DNA of 64,000 nucleotides from NCBI GenBank assembly GCA_044507735.1, contig JBIQJB010000001.1, positions 96,001-160,000 of the forward strand. Reading direction: 5' to 3'. This document shows, piece by piece, positions 9,725 to 19,899 of this stretch. The stretch's first letter is position 1. Every line of letters starts with the position of its first letter. The stretch comes from Nitrosopumilales archaeon. GTDB taxonomy: Archaea; Thermoproteota; Nitrososphaeria; Nitrososphaerales; Nitrososphaeraceae. The notes below the pieces were generated by a model, which saw only the letters and a list, made by a program, of their open reading frames with translations, ran no database searches and had not been told where the DNA came from. Position numbers and translations under genes: made by a program.

Positions 9725-10711
9725 TTATCTACCTTCGTTGACATCTGAAATTCCGCGGTCGGACAGCATGAACAGCACTTCTCGTTCGGCATGGTACGGG
9801 CTATCGACCATCCTTGCTATCCTATTCTTACCAGAGCGCTTCAAGTGTATCCTGTAGGTGCTTGTATGCGCGATCACGTTGCCGCCAGTCGCTCTGACGG
9901 TGTCACCAAAGTAGGCGTCAGGCGAGGCCTGTATCTGGTTTGTCACGACTACAGCCACCTCATATGTTTCAGCAATCCTTACCAGAATGTGCATGAACCT
10001 GTTCAGGCGCTGCTGTCGTTCTGACAGCGTGGCGCGGCCCAGGAATTCGGCCCGGTAATGCGCCACTGCCGAGTCGACTATCACCAGCTTCACATTATTT
10101 TCCTCTATGATCCCGCCCGCTTCTTCGATAATGAGCTCCTGATGTGCGCTGTTGTACGCCTTTGCAACAATGATGTTTTCTAGTGCTTTGTGCGAGTCAA
10201 AACCTCGCGCCTGTGCAATCGAAACGATTCTTTCCGGACGGAACGTGTTTTCAGTATCGATGTAAAGCGCCTTTGCTCCAAGACCTCCTGCGGATCCGTC
10301 CTGCTGTACCAGTACGCACAGCGTATGGCAAAGCTGTGTCTTGCCAGTGCCAAACTCTCCATAGACTTCGGTCACGGCCTTGGTTTCCAGGCCTCCTCCG
10401 AGCAGATCGTCAAAGCTTTTTGAGCCCGTCGATATGCGCTCTCTTCCCCTGCCGTAGAGGCTAGTTGCCGTGACAAAGCTTTTCTCAATTATTCCCATCT
10501 CTTCCAGCATCACCCTGGCCTTGTTGCATATCTCAACGGACTCGTCCATCTCCATCCCTGTAGCTTCTGCGATATCGACCGGTCCTCTTACAAGAAGGTC
10601 TCGGATTGACCTAAAACCTGCCTCCTTGAGACGCTTCTCAGTAGCAGGCCCTATCTCCTCAATGCTTGAAAGAGCCAGTCGAGTTGAAGAAGCATCCCCA
10701 GAAGCAGACAA
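9725..10711 (-). CDS. radA: DNA repair/recombination protein RadA (or close paralog)
   Basis: N-terminal HhH, GEFGTGKTQ Walker A, YIDTENTFRPER, VIVDS Walker B, LSERQQRL. Confidence 0.88.
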   Translation of the reverse strand: MSASGDASSTRLALSSIEEIGPATEKRLKEAGFRSIRDLLVRGPVDIAEATGMEMDESVEICNKARVMLEEMGIIEKSFVTATSLYGRGRERISTGSKSFDDLLGGGLETKAVTEVYGEFGTGKTQLCHTLCVLVQQDGSAGGLGAKALYIDTENTFRPERIVSIAQARGFDSHKALENIIVAKAYNSAHQELIIEEAGGIIEENNVKLVIVDSAVAHYRAEFLGRATLSERQQRLNRFMHILVRIAETYEVAVVVTNQIQASPDAYFGDTVRATGGNVIAHTSTYRIHLKRSGKNRIARMVDSPYHAEREVLFMLSDRGISDVNEGR

Positions 10712-10836
10712 GCGCTACCACTACACCTTTACACTTGCCACTAATTAGCATTAATACAATGCGAAATTCGGCTTCGAAAGGCGCACCATAAAAGTATATA
10801 TCTTTGTTCTTTCTGGTCTACCTAAGATATAGGGAT

Positions 10837-11394
10837 ATGATGGAAAGCAAGACGTTGGTCGTGACGGCTCTTGCGACTGTCATGGTGCTGTCAGCATTCG
10901 CGTTTGCGTTCCAGAACGCAGATGCACACGGTGTACAGGCACAGCTTCAGAGCAGATTCGTAAGGATTGATAATGAGCAATTTTCTGACCAGACACTGAA
11001 CACAGGCGAAACACTGACAGTAACAGGCGAGCTCAAGAGCTTGGTTAATAGGCCACTCAGAGCATGGCTGTCATTGTTCAGCGAATCATCAAACGCGGGC
11101 AACAGATGGGAGTTCTTGAGCAGAGATCCACCAGGCAACATATTCGACATCCCACCAGGTGCAACGATTCCATATGAGATCACTGTGAAGGCTCTCGAAC
11201 CAGGCACATACCACGTACACACACAGCTCAACGTTGAGCACGTTGGCCCAGGTCTCGGCAGGGGTGCGACAGTGAACGTAAGCGGTGAGCCTATATTGAA
11301 AGAAATTCCATATAGCAACATCGTTTACCAGTGTGTAATCATTGGCGCTGGCCTAGGCGTGACCTTCGCAACAAGACCGTGGCAAGTCATCTAA
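10837..11394 (+). CDS. amoB: Ammonia monooxygenase subunit B
   Basis: Signal peptide then HGVQAQLQSRF; YHVHTQLN; C-terminal FATRPWQVI; ATG at 10837 or 10840. Confidence 0.98.
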   Translation: MMESKTLVVTALATVMVLSAFAFAFQNADAHGVQAQLQSRFVRIDNEQFSDQTLNTGETLTVTGELKSLVNRPLRAWLSLFSESSNAGNRWEFLSRDPPGNIFDIPPGATIPYEITVKALEPGTYHVHTQLNVEHVGPGLGRGATVNVSGEPILKEIPYSNIVYQCVIIGAGLGVTFATRPWQVI

Positions 11395-11410
11395 AAGCCA
11401 CAACCAACCC

Positions 11411-11434
11411 TTTTTCCTTTTAATTTTTAATTTT
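11411..11434 (+). terminator. T-rich terminator after amoB
   Basis: Several T runs starting 16 nt after the stop codon. Confidence 0.55.
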
Positions 11435-11800
11435 ATCAGATTCTGGCGAAAACGCCTCTGCTGTATTTGGAGCAGATGAAGATAGTCTCGCTGATTCTAT
11501 GTAGTGATTGCTGCCTGGTTTTCGCCTATCTGGCCAAGATCGTACTGCAATGGGATGCCCGGTGGGCGCTTGCAGAGGGCCAGAGATACTACTACTGCAT
11601 TGGGGCAAGCTTTCTCTCTTCAACTGCTTCTTGCCATCTTAGAACATTTGTTTGCCGGGTACAAGATTCTGCGTTCGCACAAGTGTACATGGCCATTCAG
11701 AAACAAATGAAGGGTTTGGCATCCTGCACAGTGACAGAATCCTGATCTGATGTTCCTCGGTCAGAGTATTCGATCAAGTTACTTTGAAATAGACAAACTT

Positions 11801-11821
11801 ACTACTACTACTACTACTACT
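11801..11821. repeat. (ACT)7 microsatellite
   Basis: Seven perfect ACT units just downstream of the cobJ stop. Confidence 0.9.
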
Positions 11822-11822
11822 G

Positions 11823-12617
11823 TTATTGCTTCATTGTCTCTTTGACCAGCTCGTACTTGGATGTGTAGCCTCGAGGGTTTATCATCATACCCTTGTAGTT
11901 GAAGGTAGATGAGTTCCCCACGATGACGGTGGTTATCATTCCAAGCATGTCTGGAAAGTCGAGCATCTTGTCGAGAGTTGTTATGACTACCTGCTGGCTT
12001 TCTCTATACGCACCCTTGACTATCGCAACTGGCGTTTCCGGCTTTCTGTATTTCAGGAATATCTCCCGTGTATCGCGAAGCTGGTGCACGCGCTTTTTGC
12101 TGGCGGGGTTGTAGATGACTGTGACGTAGTCGCCCAAGGCAGCCGCTTCAACTCTCTTTACAATGATGTCCCATGGAACCAGCAGGTCGCTCATGCTGAC
12201 GACTGCAAAATCTGTCATAAGCGGTGATCCTACAAGTGCCGCACATGAATTGAGCGAAGAAACTCCTGGCACACATTCAACGTAAATTCCCTTGTCCTTG
12301 TCCCATCCCTTTTCCGCCAAGATTTCGTAGATCAAGCCTATCATGCCATAAATGCCCGGGTCGCCTGATGAGACAAGTGAAACGACCTTGCCTCTTTCCG
12401 CAAAATCGATAGCCTGGTTGGCGCGATCAACTTCTTGTGTCATAGGGTACCGATGAACTTCCTTACCAGCTATCAGGTCCTCTACAAGACTTACGTACGT
12501 ATCATAACCTATGATGACTTCGCTTTCGTCAATAACCTCCTTTGCGCGATAAGTCATGTGATCATGGCTTCCCGGCCCGATACCAACCACGTACAGCTTG
12601 CCCCTTCTAGCACTCAT
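11823..12617 (-). CDS. cobJ: Precorrin-3B C17-methyltransferase (CobJ/CbiH)
   Basis: VVGIGPG, VSSGDPGIYGM, DFAVVSMSDLLVPW, YNPAS, NPRGY motifs. Confidence 0.93.
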   Translation of the reverse strand: MSARRGKLYVVGIGPGSHDHMTYRAKEVIDESEVIIGYDTYVSLVEDLIAGKEVHRYPMTQEVDRANQAIDFAERGKVVSLVSSGDPGIYGMIGLIYEILAEKGWDKDKGIYVECVPGVSSLNSCAALVGSPLMTDFAVVSMSDLLVPWDIIVKRVEAAALGDYVTVIYNPASKKRVHQLRDTREIFLKYRKPETPVAIVKGAYRESQQVVITTLDKMLDFPDMLGMITTVIVGNSSTFNYKGMMINPRGYTSKYELVKETMKQ

Positions 12618-12649
12618 GTTTGCAAAAACTGAGATTGAGGGGATGCAAT

Positions 12650-14062
12650 TTATCCTTTTCCAGCGGCTCTTGCCAACTCGAACTCTTCATGCAGTGCCCG
12701 CACAGCAACTTCGCAGTCCTTGTCATTTACGACAAAGGCTAGGTTCAGCTCCGAAGAGCCTTGGGCAATCATTATGACGTTTACTCCGCGCTTTGCAACA
12801 GCGCCAAACACCTTGGCTGCGACCCCCTTTATGCCGCGCATCCCCGATCCAACTACCGCAATGACAGCCACATCGTCGTTTACATTTATGTGCTTGATCA
12901 CCTTGCCGAGAAGGCTGAGCTCCAGCGTCGTAGTGGCCTTGTCAAGATCTGTCTTTCTGACTACCATTGAAATGCTTGACTCTGACGGGCTCTGCGAAAT
13001 CATCATGATGTTTACCCGGTTCTTGGCCAGAGTATCAAATATCTTGGCCGCAGTTCCAGGCGTCCCCACCATACCACCACCGCTCACATCAATGAGGGCC
13101 GTGTGGCGTATCGCGCTTACCGACTTGACTATCTTTTGGGACTGTTTGCTAGGGTTCTGGGTGATCAGGGTGCCGGAATGTTTTACATTGAAGGTGTTGC
13201 GAATTCTTATCGGGATCTTTGTATCGATCACAGGCTCGAGCGCGCGAGGATGCATATACTTTGCACCAAAGAGCGCCAATTCCATCGCTTCTGCAAACGA
13301 CACTTCTCTGAGCACCTGTGCATCTGGTACTATTTTCGGATCGGCCGTCATCAGGCCATCGACGTCGCTCCAGAGCCACACTTCATCTGCGCCGATGCTT
13401 GCCGCGATCATTGTGGCCGTATAGTCAGAACCTCCCCGGCCTATGGTGGTGATGTTGCCATGCTGGTCAGCGCCAATAAATCCGGTGACCACAGGAACTG
13501 AACGATCCTTGAGCATCGGTTCAAGTTTGTGGCTCACCCGAAGTTTCGTGGTGTCCATCAGTGGCCTTGCCTCACCAAAGTTGGAATCCGTGACTATGCC
13601 TGCCTCTTTCCCAGTAAGGTGAACAGATTTGATTCCTATATCCTGTAGTGCAAATGAGACTATTGGGGTTGAGAGTCGCTCGCCAAACGACATCAGGTAG
13701 TCCAGCGACTTGGGCGTCACTTCGCCCAGAAGCACGATGCCGCCAAGCACGTCCTTGAGCTCGCTGATGATTTCTTGAACAGCCGCACTAGCCTCCTCCT
13801 TCAGCTTCTTGTCTGAAATTGCTTTTTCCACAATCTCAGCATGGATTTTGGCGGCCCTTTTCACAAACTCGTCAATCGATGTCTTGTCACCACGTTTGAC
13901 GCTGTCGGCTATTGAAAGCAGGCCGTCGGTCATGCCGCGAACGGCTGAAACTACGCATACAATTTCGCTGTCCTTCTTGTGTGATTTCACCAACTGAGCA
14001 ACGTGTCTAACCTTGTCTGGCGAGTCCACCGCAGTGCCGCCGAACTTCATCACAAGGCGCAT
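12650..14062 (-). CDS. lysC: Aspartate kinase
   Basis: VMKFGGT, GRGGSDYTA, DVDGLMTADP, two ACT domains. Confidence 0.95.
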   Translation of the reverse strand: MRLVMKFGGTAVDSPDKVRHVAQLVKSHKKDSEIVCVVSAVRGMTDGLLSIADSVKRGDKTSIDEFVKRAAKIHAEIVEKAISDKKLKEEASAAVQEIISELKDVLGGIVLLGEVTPKSLDYLMSFGERLSTPIVSFALQDIGIKSVHLTGKEAGIVTDSNFGEARPLMDTTKLRVSHKLEPMLKDRSVPVVTGFIGADQHGNITTIGRGGSDYTATMIAASIGADEVWLWSDVDGLMTADPKIVPDAQVLREVSFAEAMELALFGAKYMHPRALEPVIDTKIPIRIRNTFNVKHSGTLITQNPSKQSQKIVKSVSAIRHTALIDVSGGGMVGTPGTAAKIFDTLAKNRVNIMMISQSPSESSISMVVRKTDLDKATTTLELSLLGKVIKHINVNDDVAVIAVVGSGMRGIKGVAAKVFGAVAKRGVNVIMIAQGSSELNLAFVVNDKDCEVAVRALHEEFELARAAGKG

Positions 14063-14065
14063 ATG

Positions 14066-14818
14066 CTAATCCTGGACCCTGGGAGCTAGGTAGAAGTGTA
14101 TCCTACCTACGTTTGCTATCTTGAATTCTAGCCTGAGGGGCATCTTGCTAGAATATTCTGCTGTCACCGAGCCGCCCATAGAAACTACTGCCTTGGTTAT
14201 CTTTGAGAGATAGTCCAAGCTATAGGTAGCTTTGCTCTCTTCCTTGACAGCTAGCTCCTCAAGCCCTTCGTTGCCCGCTTCAAGTACAATTTCGGCTTCA
14301 CCAGAGTCTCCTCTACCCGAAAAATTGATCTTGTCGGATTTTGATTCAAGAGAAATGTATTCGGAGACCACCTGAACATCTGACAGCACCTTGTCGAAGG
14401 CATCAGCGCTAAGCACTACCTTGGAATTGAAGTTGAGCTTTGGCAGAGGGGTAGAGCTTGCCGAGCTTTCTATCAGGCGGGTCTTGTACTCTCGCTTGTA
14501 GCCATTAGACATCTTCACGTGGAGCATGCTATCATCGCCAAGCGATATTTCTATTGAATCCTTTTTGTCTGCCCTTCTGATCAGCTTTGAAAACTCGTCG
14601 ACTCTTATGCCAAACTTTATCAGACTATCGCACTCGTACCTCTCAAACGCGTGGTTTGGCCAATGGATATCAATGAGTGCAATGTGGGATGGATCCATGC
14701 CACGGAAAGAAATGCCCTCTGCTGCGGCTTCGAACGTTGCCTCGTCAACAAGAGTCGAGATTGCAGACGCTACGGCCTTCCATTCATCGGGCGACTTGCT
14801 TCTAGCTACAAATACCAA
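14066..14818 (-). CDS. pcn: DNA polymerase sliding clamp PCNA
   Basis: MDPSHIAL and C-terminal FYLAPR. Confidence 0.95.
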   Translation of the reverse strand: MVFVARSKSPDEWKAVASAISTLVDEATFEAAAEGISFRGMDPSHIALIDIHWPNHAFERYECDSLIKFGIRVDEFSKLIRRADKKDSIEISLGDDSMLHVKMSNGYKREYKTRLIESSASSTPLPKLNFNSKVVLSADAFDKVLSDVQVVSEYISLESKSDKINFSGRGDSGEAEIVLEAGNEGLEELAVKEESKATYSLDYLSKITKAVVSMGGSVTAEYSSKMPLRLEFKIANVGRIHFYLAPRVQD

Positions 14819-14869
14819 ATTACTGTATGTGGCAGCTCCATCGGATTTTAAAGATATCGGAACCGACTA

Positions 14870-15205
14870 CTAGGCATAGTTGCGCCAAGTGTGGTTGCAC
14901 TTGGTGCATCTGTAGAATTGCGTGGTTGCTTCATCAGCAGATCTTGTCTGGAGCATCCACCAAAAAGCTGTGTCATTCTTGCATTCCGGACACTCGATAT
15001 TTGTAGTTGGCAAAGCCTCAACTCCTTCCCCGTCCATGACCTTTAGCGAAACGTCCGAGCTGCTAGTCTTCTTGGCTTCTTCTTGTTTTCTCGGTTTCTC
15101 TTCCTGGTCTCGCTTTGCCCTATACCCGCATTTTGGGCACGCAATAACTACCTCTTCACCCGGCGCGGGGCGGAGACGTGTTTCGCACTTTGGACAGAAG
15201 CGCAA
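14870..15205 (-). CDS. tfs: Transcription factor S / RpoM family
   Basis: Two Zn ribbons; QTRSADEATTQFYRCTKC. Confidence 0.93.
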   Translation of the reverse strand: MRFCPKCETRLRPAPGEEVVIACPKCGYRAKRDQEEKPRKQEEAKKTSSSDVSLKVMDGEGVEALPTTNIECPECKNDTAFWWMLQTRSADEATTQFYRCTKCNHTWRNYA

Positions 15206-15222
15206 GGTGGAAAAGCCTCTTT

Positions 15223-15501
15223 TTACTTCTTGAGCGCGGACTTTACTATGCTGAGCAGCTCTTTGGAATATTCCTGAGCAGAGACAGCCGCATCCTGAAC
15301 GACTTCCATCGGATCCTTTCTCTTTGTGGCAATTCTCATCTGGTATTCCTTCGTTAGCGGATGCTTCTGGATGACGCCCGCAAAGTCTACGCTCTTTTCC
15401 TTCAAGAGCTCATGCTGTACAATGTATAAAATAGAAATATCCTCGTCACGAATTTTTAGCTCAATTTCATTATCCTTTACGTCGGAAATTTCAGCCTGCA
15501 T
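15223..15501 (-). CDS. rpo11: RNA polymerase subunit Rpo11 (RpoL)
   Basis: VDFAG..KHPL motif; rpoL-tfs-pcn order. Confidence 0.85.
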   Translation of the reverse strand: MQAEISDVKDNEIELKIRDEDISILYIVQHELLKEKSVDFAGVIQKHPLTKEYQMRIATKRKDPMEVVQDAAVSAQEYSKELLSIVKSALKK

Positions 15502-15558
15502 GAACGCAATACAGACAACTACTTATTGAGGATATAAATGATACCATCAGGACGAAAA

Positions 15559-16074
15559 ATGGCTGATAGCTTCATCGCCGGCGCGACCCTTGAAAAATCG
15601 CAGGACAATGTCAAGTCCGGCCAGCCCCTTACACTCAGCCTCAGCTTCAAGATTAGTGGTGCGATAAGAGAGGCGTTTACTCAAAAGAATTGGGAGCGCG
15701 CTTACAACAAGCATGACAACGGCTTTAGGATGACAATAGAAGTCGACATCAAATCGGGTAGAACGGTAATCATGCCCCTAAAATTTGTAAGAAAGGCAGC
15801 ACTGTTTTGGACACGCAATCCAAAGATCCCATACAGGATTTGGGTCTCCATAGTCAAGGACGAGGCGCCATTCTACCCTATAACTGAAGAAGAAGCCCGG
15901 TCGCTGCTATTCGATGTCAACAAGGTGATCGAGTTGAGTGGAAACGATCTTGATTCCGGCACACACAAACTTCATGCAGACATACGCGTTTCATGGGGCA
16001 AGCACGACTATACCGAACCAATAGAGATCAAGGGAAAATCAAACGAGATAAGCATTACACGTGTAGCTGCTTGA
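15559..16074 (+). CDS. Hypothetical protein
   Basis: Long ORF divergent from rpo11; FWTRNP motif; no family recognised. Confidence 0.7.
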   Translation: MADSFIAGATLEKSQDNVKSGQPLTLSLSFKISGAIREAFTQKNWERAYNKHDNGFRMTIEVDIKSGRTVIMPLKFVRKAALFWTRNPKIPYRIWVSIVKDEAPFYPITEEEARSLLFDVNKVIELSGNDLDSGTHKLHADIRVSWGKHDYTEPIEIKGKSNEISITRVAA

Positions 16075-16122
16075 CCGCGAATGCCTTCAAATTTTTTATA
16101 GTAGATTGTTTCATGCGTTTTT

Positions 16123-17061
16123 ATGACTGACAGCCAGAGCGATGACGCTAATAGCAGAAAAGGGTTCTTTGACACAAGACGAATTGGTGTTTTGCTGGCT
16201 ATTGTTGGCGCGTCCATCATAGTCGCTCTCATTGTTTACGGTATTAGCACTGTCGTCCCGGTGCAGCAGCACGTGGATGCGGAAGACATTCAGGGCAAAG
16301 TGCTTGTGACTAGGACAATGACATCGATTCAAGATCCAGGTGCTGGCCATGAAACCCATCAAGTTGTGATGTTTCTACCGCCGCTTGCAGAAGATGTGAT
16401 CTATAGTGGAACGCTAACCTGGGCAGCCAGCGGTCCTGTCGAGGTGTTCACATACCATCATTATGATGGGCCGGCCAACAACTCTCCTCCTCTATATAGA
16501 GAGCCGTCAAATGGTGTAACTTATGCTTCACCGCTATTCTATATCCCACCAGATTCTGAAGATCACGGTTCAATGCAGCTCGCCGCTAATGCTATCGGTT
16601 TTCATAGCCTTGTAGGATCAAAGTTCATGGTAACTGCAACCTTTGACGGTTGGACCAAGAAAGTTGATCTTGTGCCCTATTCGGATAGCACCAAGAACAG
16701 CGCAGATGCGATGGCGCCATCACCCATTATCGCCCCAACAACAGTCGATCCTCAAAAGATGAACTATACAATCTTGACTGAAGACGAAATCCAGGATTTG
16801 CTTGAGATGCAACTAAAAGGCTGGGAGCTTGTTGATGGCAAGCTCCACAAGACATTCCGATTCGACGACTTCACCCATGCCTTCCAGTTCATGTACAAAG
16901 TCGGGCTCGAAGCAGAAAAGATGAACCATCATCCGGACTGGACCAACAATTACAATACAGTGTCTGCATATCTGTACACCTGGAGCGTTGATAACAAGAT
17001 TACAGACTATGACATCAGATTGGCGGAAATCATGGATAGAGAAGCTGCAGCATTAGAGTAG
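16123..17061 (+). CDS. Membrane-anchored protein with C-terminal pterin-4a-carbinolamine dehydratase domain
   Basis: N-terminal TM; C-terminal GW..LHKTFRF..AEKMNHHPDW..TW..ITDYDIRLA. Confidence 0.8.
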   Translation: MTDSQSDDANSRKGFFDTRRIGVLLAIVGASIIVALIVYGISTVVPVQQHVDAEDIQGKVLVTRTMTSIQDPGAGHETHQVVMFLPPLAEDVIYSGTLTWAASGPVEVFTYHHYDGPANNSPPLYREPSNGVTYASPLFYIPPDSEDHGSMQLAANAIGFHSLVGSKFMVTATFDGWTKKVDLVPYSDSTKNSADAMAPSPIIAPTTVDPQKMNYTILTEDEIQDLLEMQLKGWELVDGKLHKTFRFDDFTHAFQFMYKVGLEAEKMNHHPDWTNNYNTVSAYLYTWSVDNKITDYDIRLAEIMDREAAALE

Positions 17062-17107
17062 TCACACTCTGAGGATTTATATGATTAAAATGCGCAGTTA
17101 GCTCTCA

Positions 17108-18181
17108 GTGCAAACGACGAACGTACCAGGCAAAGAAGCCGAGCTGTATGCGCAATTGCCAAACGGCAGGATAAAATGCACTGCCTGTGCAAGGCTGTGC
17201 GAGATACCTGAAGGCAAGATCGGGCTCTGCGGAATAAGAGGCGTGATAAATAACAAATTGCGGTTGTTCGTTTATGGTAGAGTCATAGCCGGCCACATCG
17301 ACCCAATCGAGAAGAAACCTGTCACCCATTATATGCCTGGATCCGACATATTTTCAATTTCAACTACTGGGTGCAACTGGCTCTGCCAGTATTGCCAGAA
17401 CTATGACATCTCGCAGAGACGCAAGGTAGGAGGCGCAGAGATGACACCGGAACAGGTAGCCGCCACCGCTGCGCGGTACGGATCGCAAGGAATCGCCTAC
17501 ACTTACAACGAGCCTTCAATCTTTATCGAGTTTGCCCGCGACTGCGGAATTGAGGCACACAAGCGGGGGATCTTTAACATCTTTGTATCAAACGGCTATG
17601 ACACGCCCGAGTCTGTAAACATGATGGGGCAGTTTTTGGACTGCATCACTGTCGACTTTAAGGGAAGCGGTGAGCAGAAATTTGTCAGACGGTATATCGG
17701 CATACCTGATGCAGACCCGATTTTCCAGACGCTCAAAGAAATCCGCGACAAGACAAAAATCCATGTCGAGATAACGGATCTTGTCGTGCCGCACGCAGAC
17801 GACAACTTGGATGCTGCAAGAAAGCTATGCAGGTTTGTGCACGACGAGCTTGGGCCAGACACTCCGATACACTTTTTGCGATTCCATCCTGACTATAAGA
17901 TGCTGGACTTTGAAAGCACTCCAATTGAGATGCTGGAAAAACATCATGCACTAGCCAAGCAGGAGGGGCTCAAGTATGCATATCTTGGAAACGTGCCCGG
18001 CCACCCTCTTGAAGACACCTATTGCCCGGAATGCAAGAATGTTGTCATTGGCCGTTATGGCTATGCAATAGAGTCGTGGAATTTGGACAGCAACAACTGC
18101 TGCAGGAACTGCCACTATCCTATACCTATAGTGGGGAAACTTCACAAGGCAAGAAAGAATCCGTTTCAATTTGTTCATTAG
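17108..18181 (+). CDS. amrS: AmmeMemoRadiSam-type radical SAM enzyme
   Basis: CTACARLC..GLCGIR, DPIEKKP, GCNWLCQYCQN, AYTYNEP, C-terminal CPEC/CRNC. Confidence 0.88.
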   Translation: MQTTNVPGKEAELYAQLPNGRIKCTACARLCEIPEGKIGLCGIRGVINNKLRLFVYGRVIAGHIDPIEKKPVTHYMPGSDIFSISTTGCNWLCQYCQNYDISQRRKVGGAEMTPEQVAATAARYGSQGIAYTYNEPSIFIEFARDCGIEAHKRGIFNIFVSNGYDTPESVNMMGQFLDCITVDFKGSGEQKFVRRYIGIPDADPIFQTLKEIRDKTKIHVEITDLVVPHADDNLDAARKLCRFVHDELGPDTPIHFLRFHPDYKMLDFESTPIEMLEKHHALAKQEGLKYAYLGNVPGHPLEDTYCPECKNVVIGRYGYAIESWNLDSNNCCRNCHYPIPIVGKLHKARKNPFQFVH

Positions 18182-18216
18182 GTTAAAATTGCACGTCGCA
18201 GGCAGAGCTATTCACC

Positions 18217-18290
18217 GGGGTCGTTGTCTAGCTTGGTATGATGCCAGCCTTGGGCGCTGGAGGCCGCTGGTTCGAATCCGGCCGACCCCA
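18217..18290 (+). tRNA. tRNA-Pro(UGG)
   Basis: Acceptor GGGGTCG/CGACCCC, anticodon arm CCAGC-CTTGGGC-GCTGG, T arm GCTGG-TTCGAAT-CCGGC. Confidence 0.95.
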
Positions 18291-18585
18291 TCATCTTGTA
18301 TATAGCCGGTGCACGCTAGGGCATGAGTAGGATTTCTTCAGAGTATCTTACCTTGGGATGTCCCTCCTCACTATGCAAGCACCCTCTGCTCCCGTAGCAG
18401 AGACTCTGATAGCAATAATGCAGATCCTGTGATACAATAATGTAGTTAGTTGACGATTCTGCGATACGTCTACTAGGCGCATATCGAAGATCGGCTGCGA
18501 TCAGGGCAAGCGAGTCTAAGCCTGGATAATTGAATCTTCGTCGAGTCCAGAAACGTTGGTTGCCTCGCGGCAGATCCAGTTATCC

Positions 18586-19095
18586 TCATACTGTTATTGG
18601 ATTGCCGTATTTCTCATGGTATGCTAGTTTGTCCAGCGGAACACGATCTTTCTTGCCTGTCAGTTTTCCTGCAGGGTATCCAAAACCTACGACCAGTGCA
18701 ACGCTCAGCTCTCTTGGTATCGCAAAATCGCTTCGAAGCTTATCCTCTTTTACGCCCGTGAATACTCCTGAGGCAACTCCTTGGCCCCAGGCTGCCAGTT
18801 GCATATTCTGCAGGACCCTTCCAGCGTCAATCAGGTGAAAGTTGTAATTCGGATTTGTCAGTACTATGATTGCAAAGTTGGCTCCAGAAACCCACGCCCC
18901 ACTAGTGCTATCTTCTGCAAGCTTTCTAAGCTGATCCTTTCCATCCACCAAGATAAAGCGCCAATGTTGAGTGTTCAGACCTGTGCCAGTCATTCGAGCT
19001 GCTTCGAGAACTCTTTGTTTTATTTTGGCCGGTACTTCATGCGGGCTGAACTGTCGCACATCAAGTTTTGTGACTATGCAGTCAAACACATCCAT
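18586..19095 (-). CDS. Nitroreductase family protein
   Basis: VRQF, EAARMTGTGLNTQHWRFILV, NMQLAAW, VGFGYP. Confidence 0.9.
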   Translation of the reverse strand: MDVFDCIVTKLDVRQFSPHEVPAKIKQRVLEAARMTGTGLNTQHWRFILVDGKDQLRKLAEDSTSGAWVSGANFAIIVLTNPNYNFHLIDAGRVLQNMQLAAWGQGVASGVFTGVKEDKLRSDFAIPRELSVALVVGFGYPAGKLTGKKDRVPLDKLAYHEKYGNPITV

Positions 19096-19229
19096 ACAGG
19101 TAACACTGATTCGACTCTTAAGCGACTTAAGGGTTTCGAGATTCTTCGATTTAGTGCATATTGCTTAAAGCAGCTGTGCTGACTTCTGGAAAATGAAAAA
19201 GATGAAAAAGAAAGGAAAAAGGGGGAGGT

Positions 19230-19880
19230 TTAGTCCCACTTGCTCCACGCGGCCATCCATCTATATGTCCACGTGTTAAGCTTTGCACCCAACGCAGCGA
19301 TCGGGACGGACAGTACTGCTCCTGCACCTGAACCTAGCGCTACCGGACTGTTGTAGAACTTACCCACCTGGGGCTCGATTGGAGTCATGTATGCTGGTAG
19401 TGTTGGTCTAGGATACTTGAATGCCACTTCGAGTGGATCCCTGACGAGCAGCAGGTTGACCATGTTGAACAGCGGAAGTGACAGGCCAACTAGTGAACCG
19501 CCAATGATGATTGCAGCGTGCTTGTTCCGTCTTGTAGCCCAGTATGTGAGATCCAACAGCATTGCCGAAGGTATCCAGATCGGGACTACAATGAAGTCGT
19601 ACGGATAGCCCAGTGCGAACCATGCACCCTTTGCGACCCATGTGTAGATTGTCATGATTGTGGCGTAGTATGTGGCAGTTCCTGGTACTCCTGTGAAGAG
19701 CATGTAGTATATCGCACCCACAACGAGCATGGTCGATTGCGAGATTGAGAATACTACGAAGGAGGTCCACATCCAGTCTGTGTAGAAGATATAGTCTCCT
19801 GCGTTGATGGTTAGCAGCGTGCTGTTGACAGCAACGACTACTATGAACAAATAGTGCGTTGTACGTCTAAGCCAGACCAT
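19230..19880 (-). CDS. amoA: Ammonia monooxygenase subunit A
   Basis: MVWLRRTTHYLF...NAGDYIFYTDW...WTYRWMAAWSKWD, 216 aa. Confidence 0.99.
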   Translation of the reverse strand: MVWLRRTTHYLFIVVVAVNSTLLTINAGDYIFYTDWMWTSFVVFSISQSTMLVVGAIYYMLFTGVPGTATYYATIMTIYTWVAKGAWFALGYPYDFIVVPIWIPSAMLLDLTYWATRRNKHAAIIIGGSLVGLSLPLFNMVNLLLVRDPLEVAFKYPRPTLPAYMTPIEPQVGKFYNSPVALGSGAGAVLSVPIAALGAKLNTWTYRWMAAWSKWD

Positions 19881-19899
19881 TATCTACCCAGATAGAGAC

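Noticed and set aside
11420-11745. Cys-rich ORFs downstream of amoB as extra AMO subunits
   Set aside because: They lie after the amoB T-tract, three frames compete and none has a recognisable motif
12720-13424. Long antisense ORFs such as this one, 33390-34121 and 54794-55447
   Set aside because: Shadows of well-supported genes on the other strand
18291-18585. Island or ncRNA after tRNA-Pro
   Set aside because: One 7-bp hairpin (CTCTGCT/AGCAGAG) only; no copy of the tRNA-Pro 3' end noticed
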